The notes: generated by a model not told the origin, from the letters alone. A DNA stretch of 64,000 nucleotides from Dissostichus eleginoides (GCA_031216635.1 CM062276.1:7427185-7491184); one strand, 5' to 3'. Counted from the stretch's first letter, positions 1 through 12,508 are shown. Program-made: numbers and translations.

Positions 1-1585
1 AAGTCTGAAGAGTTTCTCCATTGACTTCCATGTTAAAAATGTGATGAATTATGGGATATATCTCTGGAATTATGAAAGTTATGAATGAGAAAAGTAATAG
101 CCATCGATTCCCGACCGAGCTGAACGTTTTGATGTTTGAACGGAGTTTCTGCGATGTGGAATGTGGGAGCAGAAGAGGCGCAAAATAACCCGGCGGAATA
201 ATAAAGAATTCCGTGCGTCGAAGAACAAGATAAATAACTGGCTTTCAAGTGTTGTACATTACGTGAACATTGTTGCTAGGCAACTGACAACAAAATGTGT
301 TTATTTATTTCTTAGTTATTTCATTGTTTAGGAATGGGGAAATAAGTAAAGCGAACGCGCCAGCAAGACGACCCTTCACCTGGCCTCCTTTTGGTTGAGG
401 GATTTTGAAATGGTTGTTGCACAGAAAAAATCTGAGCGCTGAGTAGAAATCTGAGAGCGGACATTTGACTAGCGCAGTCAGCTCACAGAAGCAGCCTAAG
501 TGCGAGGAGAAGGTTTTAAACTGGAAAACAGGAAATCTGTGCAAGCAGCAATATATCTGAGTTTAAGCGTACAGTTTGAGCAGAAGCAGAGCAAATCTAA
601 GCGCAAGGACAGGGTTTGACTGAAAGAAATACAAAATCTGAACGTGAAATCAATAAATTATGCTCTCAAATTGAAAGGACACTCTCTTGAATAAAGATAG
701 GGAATACCTCCATAATAAAGTAGTTTTAAAAAACGTTTTATAGAGTAGAAAACAACATTAAGCTCACTGCGGGACGTTGCAGAAATGTGTGTCCACTCCC
801 CACCACGTAATGCTGTGTTAAGGAGTCGTGTTCATTTCACGTATTTCGGTGAGACCAGGTTGCTATGCGACTTCCTGCCCGTTGAAAACTGACGCTCGAG
901 GGGTACCCAGTGTGTAATAGGGTGACGTGAAGGGGCCCTGACCGATCGTCAATATGTGACGAGTTGGTAGTGAGAATGTGATAGTGACGTTTCTGATAGT
1001 GCAACCTCCACTATCAGAAACGTCACTATCAGAAACAATGCCTGACGTGTTTTTGACGTAATATGGTCTTTGTTTACATTAGCAAGCATCGCTAACACTC
1101 AGAGCTAACCTGTACTGCAGAGAGTTTGTGTAAAAAAGCAGGAAATAAAAAAAGGAACTCACCTTGTGGTAAACCCGCAAGAAAAAAACATTTGAGCTCC
1201 ATACTGTTTCAGAAATAATCCTTGATGTGGTTTTGAACATGATATGGCGTTTCATCACGGCAGCATTTAGCTGTATCTGAGCAGAGCAGACGGACAGCTC
1301 ACCACAGAACGTGTGCCTGGTGCTCAAAAGGGGGCGGGCCAGCTGAGAGTCAGCCGTTCTCTAACAGGGCTGGAATAGAGGGATGTGAGGGATGTCTATG
1401 TTATATGTGATGTTTGGTATTTTGAGCTACGTAATGCTAAACATGTTTTTTATATATTTGTATATATCTGAGACCCATAATATATGCCTAAAAATAGCAT
1501 GATAGGAGATCTTTAAACTATGCAACCAAAAAGATTTTTCAGAAGATATTTGAGATGTTTAATAAAGTGAATGTTGTGCCTGCAG

Positions 1586-1714
1586 GTTTTTGTCACCTTT
1601 AGCTTGGGGTACGTGTTGGGAACCATCGCCTGCTTCCACAGCACATACGATGTCATCGTCACTATCGGAGCCATGCTGACCATCACTGCTGCCATCATTG
1701 CCTTCTCTGCACAG
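1586..1714 (+). pseudogene. TMBIM/Lifeguard-family exon (equivalent to exon 3 of the downstream copy), intact 129-nt exon of a degraded upstream tandem paralogue
   Basis: Acceptor ctgcag|GTT and donor CAG|GTGAGA. It encodes VFVTFSLGYVLGTIACFHSTYDVIVTIGAMLTITAAIIAFSAQ, the same length and phase as 25412-25540. Confidence 0.6.
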
Positions 1715-1758
1715 GTGAGACAACCAAAGAGCGCCTTTTCAAAATGCTTCCTGTAAAC

Positions 1759-2320
1759 CAGGGGTGTCCAAACTGTTTTCACCGAGGGCCGCATACAGAA
1801 AAATATACGAAGGGCTGGGCCACTCACTAGAGGTATTTTGCCTCATAGGCTAAGTTTTAAGACAGCAAACTCAATCAAATGTAGGTCAATTATGCTTGTT
1901 ACTTGAAAATGCTTTAAGAAACAAAACAGCACACAGCTCTCCATAGGGCTTCATTTATTATGTTGGCAGCTCATTCCCTAAAACAGAAGCCTCAGATTGC
2001 TTATTATTAGGGGAAATATGAAGGGTCTATTTCACGCTTGTTATACAAATAAGTTATTGGGCTTTTTTCTTATCAAGTTAGATTTGTTAGGAAATGTTTT
2101 CAAATGTAATTGACTGAAATTATTTAAAAGTGGGCTTATTAACACATGAATACTACTGTGTAATATATGTTTACATATATATTTAAGAAGTACAATACAA
2201 GACAAGCACAAGTTTCATTTGTGGGCCATATTCCACTATACTTTCAGAATTTGCTGAGGGCCGATTCAAAATGGTTCACGGGCCGCATTTGGCCCCCAGG
2301 CCGTAGTTTGGACACCCCTG
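1759..2320 (+). mobile_element. hAT-like MITE family A (TIR CAGGGGTGTCCAAACT...AGTTTGGACACCCCTG), copy A1, 8-bp TSD CTGTAAAC/CTGTATAC
   Basis: 16-bp terminal inverted repeats, 8-bp flanking duplication, and no coding capacity. Sits 45 bp after the TMBIM-copy-1 exon. Confidence 0.8.
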
Positions 2321-2744
2321 CTGTATACAGACATCATGTTCTGTGTTTATTATAAACAAAGGGATGCGCAGCCTTATGTATCATTTAAAAAATTAAAGCT
2401 TTTAACAGTTTCTTGTAAGGCGAACCATATTAATTAGGAGGAATTTTAAATGATGTGCTGTAAGATTCATGCTGGCATTTGCTTGAAGCTGTAAAACTGA
2501 ATGATGTAACGATAAACAACCAAAGATTTTATAGATGTGAAGTAAGAAAACTCATATGCATAAGGATATATTCGCTGTGTGGGTGGGCTGTGCAATTTGT
2601 CAGGATTATAAAATGTATTTTGTTTGCATGTTAGTGACGCATTTTCATAGACGGATAAACTGGTCATGTCTGTGATTATTGTTTTTTTTAATGTAATTTT
2701 CTTATTCTGATCATTTATTTTACTTCTCCTTAAAATAATTTAAT

Positions 2745-3900
2745 AATTTATTGATAATTTACTTTATTGATCCCAATTTGGGAAATGTTTGCATTGCAGC
2801 AGCATAAAAAGACAAGGCATTGTACATTAGAGCAGCGGTTCCAAACCTGTGAGCCGCGGCCCCCTAGTGGTCCGCGAAGGCATTGCAAGTGGGCCGCCAA
2901 ATAATTATTTTTAAATGTTATATTTTTTTATTTTGTACAGGCTAAAGACAAAAACATGGACATAACAATAACATATAGGGGATGACATTCCCATCTCAGA
3001 CAAAAACTAAAACAGAAGAAATAAAGATACAGTCAGTAGGATCACTTCAACATTTCACAAACAAAAATAGGTTGACAACCAAATACCACCAAAAACACAA
3101 CATGCTAAGCATATTTATTGTTCCTTTAATCTCACTCTTCGTTAGAGCTAATTATTTCCCATTTCATGGCGTGTTGATCCACCCTTTGATTTTTTGTGGC
3201 AATCATTTTTTCTAAAAGAAATTGTATTTTCAAACATCTACTCTTCAAACACCTTAAATTAAGATGACTCCTTGATTGACTTTTACAAATATGTATTTTA
3301 GCCAGAAGAATAGTTGTATTTATTAACTGTGTGCGGTCTTCATCTAAAAGCCCAAATAAAATATTAAAGGGTGTAAATGTAAATTCAATATTTGCCGCCA
3401 AAAATACTTTGCGAAACATTATGATTTGTGTGGAAACATTTTCATTATTAAGAATTTTTATTTTTTGAACCTCTTTTCCTTTCTCTTTCTCGATCCTCCT
3501 TAGTAACGGTCATTACAGTCCTTCACAGCGGTCTGTACTACTGGATTTACAACGTGTCACATGTTCTGAATCGACTTGAATCAGAACTTTAATTAGCCTC
3601 CGTATTGTTTATGGTTGAATGTGGGCCGCGAAAAATGTTTTGATTCTTAAGTGGGCCCTGAGTTGAAAAAGGTTGGGAACCGGTGATATAGAGAAATTAA
3701 AACCCAAGAAATAAACAATCAATAACGTAAACATCTCAAATTGAAATAAAATAGCATTAAAAAAGTAGAAAATATACATGTTGAAATACAAATTTACAGT
3801 AAAAACATTTAATGCAGGATATTATATATATAGTGTGTACGGAATGGAATATTAAATGTTAAATTGAACATAAATGTAAAATGTAACAGGTCATGTCTGT
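2745..3900 (+). repeat. Interspersed repeat family H (copy 1, carrying the nested MITE), flanked by about 90-bp direct repeats (2655-2745 / 3893-3990)
   Basis: 2745-2835 plus 3682-3900 are colinear with 19185-19460. Confidence 0.55.
2836..3681 (+). mobile_element. hAT-like MITE (TIR CAGCGGTTCCAAACCTG ... GGTTGGGAACCGGTG) nested in an interspersed repeat
   Basis: Terminal inverted repeats. It interrupts a repeat that is contiguous in the second copy (19185-19460). Confidence 0.65.
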
Positions 3901-4011
3901 GATTATTGTTTTCTTTAATGTAATTTTCTTATTCTGATTAAAAAATGTTTTACTTCTCCTTAAAATAATGAATTAATTCAACATACTCATTTATGCCTTT
4001 GTTGTTTGCAG

Positions 4012-4151
4012 ACTTACGATTTCACCATCTGGTACGGCGTGAGGCTGATTCTGACCGTGGACGCGATCATGTTTGGGTTCTTGCACGTTCTACTGCTCCC
4101 ACATCAATAACATGTCGTATCTTCCTCCACCCGCTGGGGAGTGACTGAAAC
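4012..4151 (+). pseudogene. TMBIM-family exon-4 equivalent of the upstream copy, frame-disrupted (140 nt against 144 nt; premature TAA at 4108-4110)
   Basis: TYDFTIWYGVRLILTVDAIMFGF then a shifted frame. An alternative frame gives CTFYCSH..., matching FSTFYSSY of the downstream copy. Confidence 0.5.
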
Positions 4152-4654
4152 GGTATCCACAACATACATGTACAGACACACATTCATATTCTTTTTTATA
4201 TAAACAAAAAAACAAATACAAAAAAAAGTTGTACTGTGTTTTCTGTTTTGCTGTGGATGTTCACCCTTCTCTTGGATCATTTCCAATCTTTTACCCTCAA
4301 CACAAGTTCAATTAACTAACTATATATCAAAGAACACTATAGAGCTCCACGATATACGTCTGTACCTAATCCATCTGCCGAATATATCATATATATTATA
4401 AAAAGTCCAAAGAATAGACGCTGAAATAAAGATTATAAAAAAATGTAACTCTAAATTGTTCAAGCTCAAAATTCTATATAGTTTTTTTTTTATCGGAACA
4501 AGGCTTCATGACCCAGCAGCATTGTTTTGGGTGACTCGAGGTCAAATTTGGCCCAATCAAGATTCATCTTTGACTTTAGACGCCCCTCCCCCACCCCCTT
4601 CATCAACTGTAACAATCATTTTCGCAACATGCTCCTGGTCTCCCCTCCCTCTGC

Positions 4655-4735
4655 CCCCCCTCCCCCCACAGGAACTCGACCTTTCACAAAGAATATGTAC
4701 ACTAACACTTGAACCTGAACGTGTGCCGTAATGTG
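4655..4735 (+). pseudogene. degenerate remnant of the TMBIM-family last exon (upstream copy)
   Basis: Polypyrimidine tract and cacag acceptor. Residual nucleotide similarity to 26550-26620 (...gacgtaatg...). The FLMIDCQLMMGAMSY part is deleted. Confidence 0.35.
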
Positions 4736-6885
4736 TTTTGGAGGCCATAACATTAAATTACAACAGGATTGTACGGTTATGAATGCATAATAAGTTAGTT
4801 ATGATTTAGTTAAAACAATATTGGATGATAGTCATTTTTTTTTTTGTTTTGGACTGAAATAAATCATGGGTCAAAATTGAACCGCGAGCACCATGAACGG
4901 TAACAGCTTTCGAACACAACATAAGGGTTAAAAAGATACAAAGAATAATAACATTATTTACATTTAAGATCTCTTAAAAAAAAAAGGTAATTAGCAATTC
5001 CATTAGTCCTTTTGGACTTAACATTTTAGCACAAATTTAAAATGGACAAGACAAAATGGGATATTAAACATCGCTAATTCTTGAAAACTGCTCTTACCAT
5101 TTAAAGCTGCAGTTTATCTACTGAGTGGACCTGATGGTAAGATGTTGTTTTGTAATCTGTTATTTTAAAAACGTCATATCTCAAAAACAAAAAGTAAAAG
5201 CCTTGCTCTTCATGCTGTGTACATTTGGAAAAACAATACCTGATTTCAGAATCATAATCGGGTTTATTGCTGCAGGTAAGTTCACACGTACGAGGAATTT
5301 GACTTGATGTCATGGTGTGTGCCTGAATTGCCATTTAGTTTCACTTTCATTTGGAATTCTTTGAGAAAATCTGAGATGTATGGCAACAATGGGAGGTCTG
5401 AAAACTAGCTACACACTTTTCACTCTAATTTCTGCCTGGCAACAGCTGACAATAAAAAAACGTTGGTCAAATATTCCCAAATTTGATAGCGATATGTCCT
5501 AAAGGGTCTCATCTTTGATGTTGTGCTGAGCTGTGACCTGGAAGTCCCACTATGGACGACCTCGGGCCAAATGTGAAGCAACGGGGGAGTTTCCTATTTC
5601 CTCAGACAGGAGTTCTATTTTTGTCTTCACTTCCCGCTGTCAGGAAGTGAAACTCTCCCAGCTGGGTAAAACAAGTCCAAGCGATCACAAGTCAACACGT
5701 TTCTTTTTGGATGTGCTCCTCTCACAGCAAGGTGTGGTGTCAAAAACAACGGTAATCTTCCACAAAAGGTATGTCTTTTTATTAGCCTCTATTATGTATT
5801 CTTTACTTGTTCTGTGTGAGACATAAAAGCAAATATCCAGGTGTTAACTCTGCTTCATTGTAGAATTTAGTGGTACTTTCAACAAGATAACAAATATAAT
5901 TGAATCCTTTAAATATTCTATTATTCATTCAGATTACAAACAAATATATGTTGATATTTGCTCCTGCTATTTTGTACTCATGAAGATGAAGCATAATGCT
6001 TTCCCTTTTTTCCTCGGTTCTCGCTCAGAATGAAATATTCAAAATGTTTGCCATTTTTTAAACGAAAAGAAAATATGATACATTTTTTGTAAATTATGTC
6101 TATTGACCAGAAAAGGAATTGTAACTTGAAATATTGAGTTAGAATGAAGTTGCCTTAAAAGCTGTGACAAAGAATTGGGTGATGTTTTATCATAAATGCT
6201 TTATAAACACATGCCATAGAATAAGGAAAATATTTAAATGTGTTGTATTATCCAAATGCCCAATTTTGCTTTGGTTTACTGCAACCAGAAAATCCTTTAA
6301 GATTGAGTTGTTTGATAAATCACTGAATTTGAACCAATGAAATAAGGACGCAACAGAGTCCCAACCCAAAGAAAAGAACATGCCGTTAGAAACAACTTAA
6401 CTAGGAAATATTAATTTCAGCTCTTTCAGGAAGATACACAAAGGTTACAAAATAGTTTTTTTTAAATCAACGGTTATATTAAATTGATGGATATAGTCTG
6501 TTAAAGAATCAGTTTAGTGATATTCTGTATTTTCTTCTAGATAGGAAATATAAACAACTTTACTAGCAACATTTGACCCCTTTTAGGAAGAAACAAGTGC
6601 AGGACACTAAATATTATATGAATCAACAGTTAATGAGAAATAAACTCGGAATAGATTTTCAATAAAATATACTTTATTTGTTCTTTCACAAATGTAACCA
6701 GGTGCTTTTCAATAAAGGCTATCCTGAACCCAGATAGCAAAACAAATCAATAACTCAAATATAATTAGTACTTGAATTTCTCTTTGTAGTTGCCTTGTGT
6801 GAAGTCTTTAAAAACAAACACATTGTTGGTTTTGTTGTGCAAATTGTCCCAACTGCCCATTCTAACAGTATAATTTAAGGTTCAG

Positions 6886-6891
6886 GTTTAT
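6886..6891 (-). promoter_or_regulatory. AATAAA polyadenylation signal (minus strand) about 25 nt past the ERCC6L stop
   Basis: Plus-strand tttatt at 6886-6891, immediately 3' of the stop at 6916. Confidence 0.4.
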
Positions 6892-6915
6892 TTTTTACGT
6901 ATCAGGATTGTTTTG

Positions 6916-9900
6916 TTAACTTCTCTGGCTCAGCTGCCGGTACAGTTGGATGGTCATGAGCTGAACTTCAGGATCTCCAGGTTGGATGTCGATAGCTCTG
7001 AGGAAGCAGCTCAATGCGTCGTCAGGCTTGCCTTTGCTCTGGTACTCCTTCCCTCTCCTGACCAGGGCTCCGAAGCTCTCCACCTCGGACAGGATGCCGT
7101 TACTGCTCAATTTGACTCCATCAGCCGTGCACTGATCCATTTGTTCGTCGGAGGCTAGCTCGGGCTCGCTGGCCGACTCCTCCATGTTGCTGGTCATTTC
7201 CTGTTCGGACTCCTCAACATCATCTACTGACTCTGAGTACTCCTCATCATCCTCCTCTCCTTGTACATCTGCCTCCTCTTCTTCCACATCCTCCTCGCCC
7301 TCTGTCTCAAGGGTCTCCTCCACCTGAAGCTCATCATGAGTCAAACCAATGAGGTCCTCTTCTGCTTCGTCAGAATGCCTTTCTGAAACATCATCTTCTT
7401 CTTCCTCCTCCTCACTGGTAATTTCTTGGTTGTCTTTGATTTTCTCCATATCTTTGACGATGGATAGAATGACGGATCGGCATGAGGCCACGGAGGTGTT
7501 GCCTCCGACGCTCTTTCTTGACCGAAGAGGAGTGCGGACAGATGACACCAATTTAGGTGTGGAGGCGCCAAGAACCTGAAAGGAATTGTCCAGGTGACTC
7601 CTGTCATCTTGATCACTGCTGCTCTTTTTTTCTTCTTAGTCACAATGGAATTATCCATTGAATTGTCCATTACAGAGCTGTTGCCGTTGAAGCTTTGGCT
7701 GACTGCTTTCTTATGTTGTTTCTCAGAAAGAGATTTATTTATGTTAAAACTCCCCTCCATCTGCAGCTGTGACAGCAGCTCCCTCTCCTCTTATTCAGTT
7801 TCCAGATTATCCAGATCATCGTGGTCTGAGAGCATGTCACTATCTTCAAGCTGTAAATTGAAGCTGCCTCCAAAGGAATCAAGCCCTGTGCTGACGTTGG
7901 ATGATGTGTCTGCTTTGAAGCTTGAAGTGGAAGCTTGCAAGACAGAAAGTGTTTTATTCTGCAGGGCTGTTAAATGTGAGAGGCCCAAGTCCGTCTTGGA
8001 AACGTTTCTTGAGTGTGAAGTTTTGTTTGAAAGTTGTTGGTCTTCATCAGCTGCTGTAACGTAGGCCATGCTGCCGTCACTTGCCGAATCATTAGCAGCT
8101 CCACACAGAGAAACCTCGTCTCTTAGTTTTTGATTGGAGGCATCTGCCATTTCACCTAATTCAGCATCACTTGTATCAGAGACCAGATCAGAGAGGAGAA
8201 TTCATCGGCTACCAAGTAACTCCTCTCCTGTTTAACAGACACTGTTTTGGAGAATAAAGGTTCTGCTCAACAAGCTTGTCCTGGCTTACTTCTACGACAG
8301 GATGTTCTTCTGACATACCCTAATCTGCATTAAGATCAATAACATGGCCTCTCAGATTCTGTTGGGCGTCCTCCTCATCAGAACCAGACTGGTCCAACTC
8401 TATCACGACTGGTGACCCGTTAGAGTTACTATCATGCTGTGGATGGGAAGGACTTGGTTTTGGATTTCTTGTTTTTTTCTCATGAGTCTGCTCTCTGATG
8501 TGGTTGTCCGCTGGTTGTCTGAGCCAGGCTGGTTCTGTGTTTGATGTCAAACTTTCTGCCATCTGCATCTGTAACTCTGACTCAGCCTTCATCAGCTCCT
8601 GGGCCTTCTGCACTCTCCCTTCAATGTACTGATGGGCCTCTTGGTCTTCAGGGTCATCATCGTGGTTGACATCGAGGGAAAACATGAGGTCATGGTCAGA
8701 GATCCCAAAAATCTCCATGGTCTGGAGTTGGGCAATGTGTTCGTCCAGTTCAGCGTCTGTCCTTCGGTGTCTGGAGTGCAGGGATTGAAGTTGCAACTGA
8801 GTGCATGAGGACCTTGTGTCCTTGAGGAGGAAGAGCTCTTTCAACTCCTGCATGCTGAAGTACCTAAAAGGGTTTTTCTTGTCCCCGGTATTTTGTCTAA
8901 TGAGAGAGTCTTTGAAGACCTGCCTTCTGTAGATCTTCTCCTCTACTGTGCCGCAGGTGATTAGTCTGTAAACGACAACATTTTCGCTCTGCCCAATGCG
9001 ATAAGCCCTGTCAACAGCCTGGGCGTCTGTTGCTGGGTTCCAGCTAGGATCGTAGATCACGACTCGGTTTGCTGCCGTCAAAGTGATACCAACCCCTCCA
9101 ACCTGGTTGGTCAGGAGGAAGACAGAGTAGCTTTTGTCTGTCTGGAACTTAGTGATTAGCCTCTCTCTCTCTCTGCAAGCTGAATTATTGTGCCATCCAA
9201 TCTCAATACTTTGAAGCCTCTGTTGCCCAGGATGCGCTCGATGATGTCGAGCACTTTCCTGTAATGAGCAAAGACAAGCGTGCGGTGACCTTCTTCTCTG
9301 AGCCTTTGGAGAAGTGCAAACAGAAAGACGAGCTTCCCTGACTCAGATATTAAGGTCTCGTCTGGAATGTTGGCGATGGTGCCTGTCTCCATGTTATCAT
9401 TCTGCTGACCTTGAGCTGTACTTTCTTCTAAGCCTAACTTGGCTATGTCTGCAGCAGAGAGCAGTCTTGGATGGTCGCACAACTTTTTCATTATGTTCAG
9501 TTCAGCTAGAGGTGATCTGGTTGTCATGAGCAGCTCCTTGATGTGGTCAAGTGAAAGGACCTGCCTGTAAATATCTTCCTGAACAGGACTAAGGTAAGTC
9601 CAGACAATTAAGTCGTTCTTTCTAGTCAGTGTTGGCATGACTGCGCCAGAGTCTTTTGGAATATTTTGGACTTTGCCGTCCTTGGTCTCTGAATCTTCCT
9701 CTTTACAAGGAAGTTGGCCTTCCTTATTGTTTTTCTGCACTTCTGCTTTTGTCCTGCGGAGGAAGTAGGGTTTGATTATGGCCATGAGGTTCTCAGACAT
9801 TCGAGACCCGAGGGCCTTTTCCCCTGGAGTGGTGTCCTTCTCTCTGGCCCGGGTGATTGGGTTCTCATACTCCGTTTTGAAGGTTTTAGCTGTGCCTAAG

Positions 9901-10668
9901 AGAGTTCCTTGGCAAGCAAAGTCAAAGAGAGCCCACAATTCCTTCAGGTTGTTTTGGACTGGAGTGCCAGTCAGGAGAACTCTGTTTTTTGAAGGAATGG
10001 CGTAGGCACTTTTGGCTGTTTTGGTAGTTGAGGATTTTATCTTGTGTGCCTCATCTAGGATCATGTAGTCCCATGTGAACTCTTTGCCATTGTAAGATGA
10101 CAATTGCTGCCAGTTATTCATAAGCATTGTGTACGTGGTGATGATAACACCACTTCTCCTCTGAATTTTCTCCAAATTCCTGGTCCTCTCCTTGCTCGAT
10201 CCGTGAAACTCCTTCACCCTCATGCCAGGAGTCCATTTGGCAAACTCCTTGGTCCAGTTTGTGATGAGAGAAGTTGGCATGACCAGCAGTGTGTGCTTAG
10301 CCAGCTCGTTGTCATACATGCTTGAGAGGAATGATATCACCTGGATGGTTTTACCAAGGCCCATGTCATCTGCCAAGATCCCACCTTTACGTCCATCTCT
10401 GCAGAGACTGTACAAGAAGGCGACTCCATTTCTTTGGTAGTCATAAAGCTTGTCATACAACTCTTTGAAAAGCATTAAGCCGCTGCCGTTAACATTCACA
10501 AACTCTTCATCTTCTTCCTCTGAGTCATTCTGAGCAAGAAGTTCTTCAATTGTCTTTATCTGGCTTTCAAGTTTTTGACTCTGGTGAATTTTGTACGCCA
10601 GTTTGAAAAACTTCAGCGCTTGGTTCATATCGCCTTGTCTGGCAACATCTTTTCCCTCTTGAATGAAT
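6916..10668 (-). CDS. ercc6l: ERCC6L/PICH-like SNF2-family DNA translocase, main coding exon (N-terminal TPR, SNF2 ATPase DEAH box, helicase-C, long acidic C-terminal region ending in a TPR-like motif); reading frame interrupted several times
   Basis: A 513-aa intact ORF (9156-10697) carries GILADDMGLGKT, DEAHKIK and LLTGTPVQNNL motifs. The 8320-9081 ORF carries the helicase-C motif YRIGQ...VVVYRLITCGTVEEKIYRRQVFKDSLIRQ. The C-terminus ...CFLRAIDIQPGDPEVQLMTIQLYRQL is colinear with human PICH. A splice acceptor ttgttcttccag at 10669-10680 defines the exon start. Stop codon at 6916-6918. The reading frame is broken at a (GA)n run at 9159-9174, around 8150-8320 and at an A8 run at 7622-7637, and there are in-frame TAG (8320-8322) and TAA (7791-7793) codons. 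Confidence 0.85.
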
Positions 10669-10812
10669 CTGGAAGAACAAAAAAAAGACAAGAACATCAG
10701 AGAATAATTAATTAAAAAATAAATGTAGTCTGAAGAAGAGCTGCTACTAAGTATTTACAAATGTTAATTTCAATACATAGTAATTTGACAATTCATAAAA
10801 TGTATGCATTTA

Positions 10813-10838
10813 ACTTCAATCAATCAATCAATCAATCA
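10813..10838 (+). repeat. (AATC)n tetranucleotide microsatellite
   Basis: caatcaatcaatcaatcaatcaat. Confidence 0.85.
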
Positions 10839-10930
10839 ATGGCTACCAGATTTATATAACCATAAAAACACATTTACATAACCATATAACAGATCAAAAC
10901 ATTATTTAACATAAATTGATTATTTATATA

Positions 10931-12508
10931 TACAGGTGCATCTCAATAAATTAGAATATCGTGGAAAAGTAAATTTATTTCATTAATTCAATTCAAAAAG
11001 TGAAACTCATATTATATGGATTCATTACACACAAAGTGAAATATTTCATGGCTTTATTTGTTTTAATCTTGATGATTACGGCTTACAGCTAATGAAAACA
11101 CAAAAATCAGTATCTCAGAAAATTGGAATATTGTGAAAAAGTTCAATATTGTAGACTCACGGTGTCACATTCTAATCAGCTAATGAACTAAAAACTCCTG
11201 CGAAGGTTTCCTGAGCCTTTAAATGGTCTCTCAATCTGGTTCAGTAGGCTTCACAATCATGGGGAAGACTGCTGACTTGACAGTTGTCCAGAAGACAGTC
11301 ATTGACAGGGTAAGCCTCAAAAGGTCATTGCTAAAGAAGCTGGCTGTTCACCGAGTGCTGTATCCAAGCATATTCATAGAAAGTTGAGTGGAAGGAAAAA
11401 GTGTGGTAGGAAAAGGTGCACAAGCAACAGGGATAACCGCAGACCTGAGAGGATTGTCAAGCAAAGGCCATTCAAAAATGTGGGGGAGCTTCACAAGGAG
11501 TGGACTGAGGCTGGAGTCAGTGCATCAAGAGCCACCACGCACAGACGTATCCAGGACATGGGCTACAACTGTCGCATTCCTCGTGTCAAGCCACTCCTGA
11601 ACCAGAGGCAACGTCAGAAGCGTCTTACCTGGGCTAAGGAGAAAAATAAATGGTCGATTGCTCAGTGCTCCAAAGTCCTCTTTTCAGATGCAAGTACATT
11701 TTGCATTTCATTTGGAAATCAAGGTCCCAGAGTCTGGAGGAAGAGTGGAGAGGCACACAATCCAAGTTGCTTGAAGTCCAGTGTGAAGTTTCCACAGTCA
11801 GTGATGATTTGAGGAGCCATGTCATCTGCTGGTGTTGGTCCACTGTGTTTTCTCAAGTCCAAAGTCAACGCAGCAGTCTACCAGGACATTTTAGAGCACT
11901 CCATGCTTCCTTCTTCTGACAAGCTTTATGGAGATGCTGATTTCATTTTCCAGCAGGACTTGACACCTGCCCACACTGCCAAAAGTACTAAGACCTGGTT
12001 TAGTGACCATGGAATTACTGTGCTTGATTGGCCAGCAAACTGGCCTGACCTGAACCCTATAGAGAATCTATGGGGTATTGTCAAGAGGAAGATGAGAGAC
12101 ACGAGAGCCAACAATGCAGACGAGCTGAAGGCCGCTATCAAAGCAACCTGGGCTTCCATCACACCTCAGCAGTGCCACAGGCTGATCGCCTCCATGCCAT
12201 GCCGCATTGATGCAGTCATTCATGCAAAAGGAGGCCCAACCAAGAGTTGAGTGCATACACATGAACATACTTTTCAGAAGGCCGACATTTCTGTATTAAA
12301 AATCCTTTTTTTTATTGGTCTAATGTAATATTCAAATTTTCTGAGATACTGGTTTTTGGGTTTTCATTAGCTGTAAGCCGTAATCATCAAGATTAAAACA
12401 AATAAAGTCTTGAAATATTTCACTTTGTGTGTAATGAATCCATATAATACATGAGTTTCACTTTTTGAATTGAAATAAATTAACTTTTCCACGATATTCT
12501 GATTTATT
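10931..12508 (+). mobile_element. Tc1-like DNA transposon copy 1 (defective; right TIR truncated) in ERCC6L intron 1
   Basis: Left TIR TACAGGTGCATCTCAATAAATTAGAATATCGTGGAAAAG and an inverted partial right TIR at 12484-12508. Internal transposase homology. Confidence 0.85.
11259..12250 (+). pseudogene. Tc1 transposase coding region, copy 1 (internal deletion or frameshift near the N-terminus and an in-frame TGA at about 11810)
   Basis: MGKTADLTVVQKTVID... then ...KKCGRKRCTSNRDNRRPERIVKQRPF...SVMI*GAMSSAGVGPLCF...DLNPIENLWGIVKRK... gives the DDE(34E) signature. Confidence 0.8.

Noticed and set aside
4456-4748. Pro-rich ORFs (PPPPPSST..., GGRGGRGRG...) at 4456-4748.
   Set aside because: They overlap the polypyrimidine tract and the degenerate last-exon remnant of the TMBIM pseudo-copy. 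There is no coherent domain.
8320-8322. I considered whether the TAG after ...DLNAD is a genuine ERCC6L terminus followed by an intron, because GGTATGT follows.
   Set aside because: The stop would lie inside the exon regardless of that donor. Colinear PICH homology (ILLSDLVSDTSDAELGE..., SFNLQLEDSD..., ASTPK..., C-terminal TPR) continues for another 1.4 kb. So it is an internal stop, not the real end.
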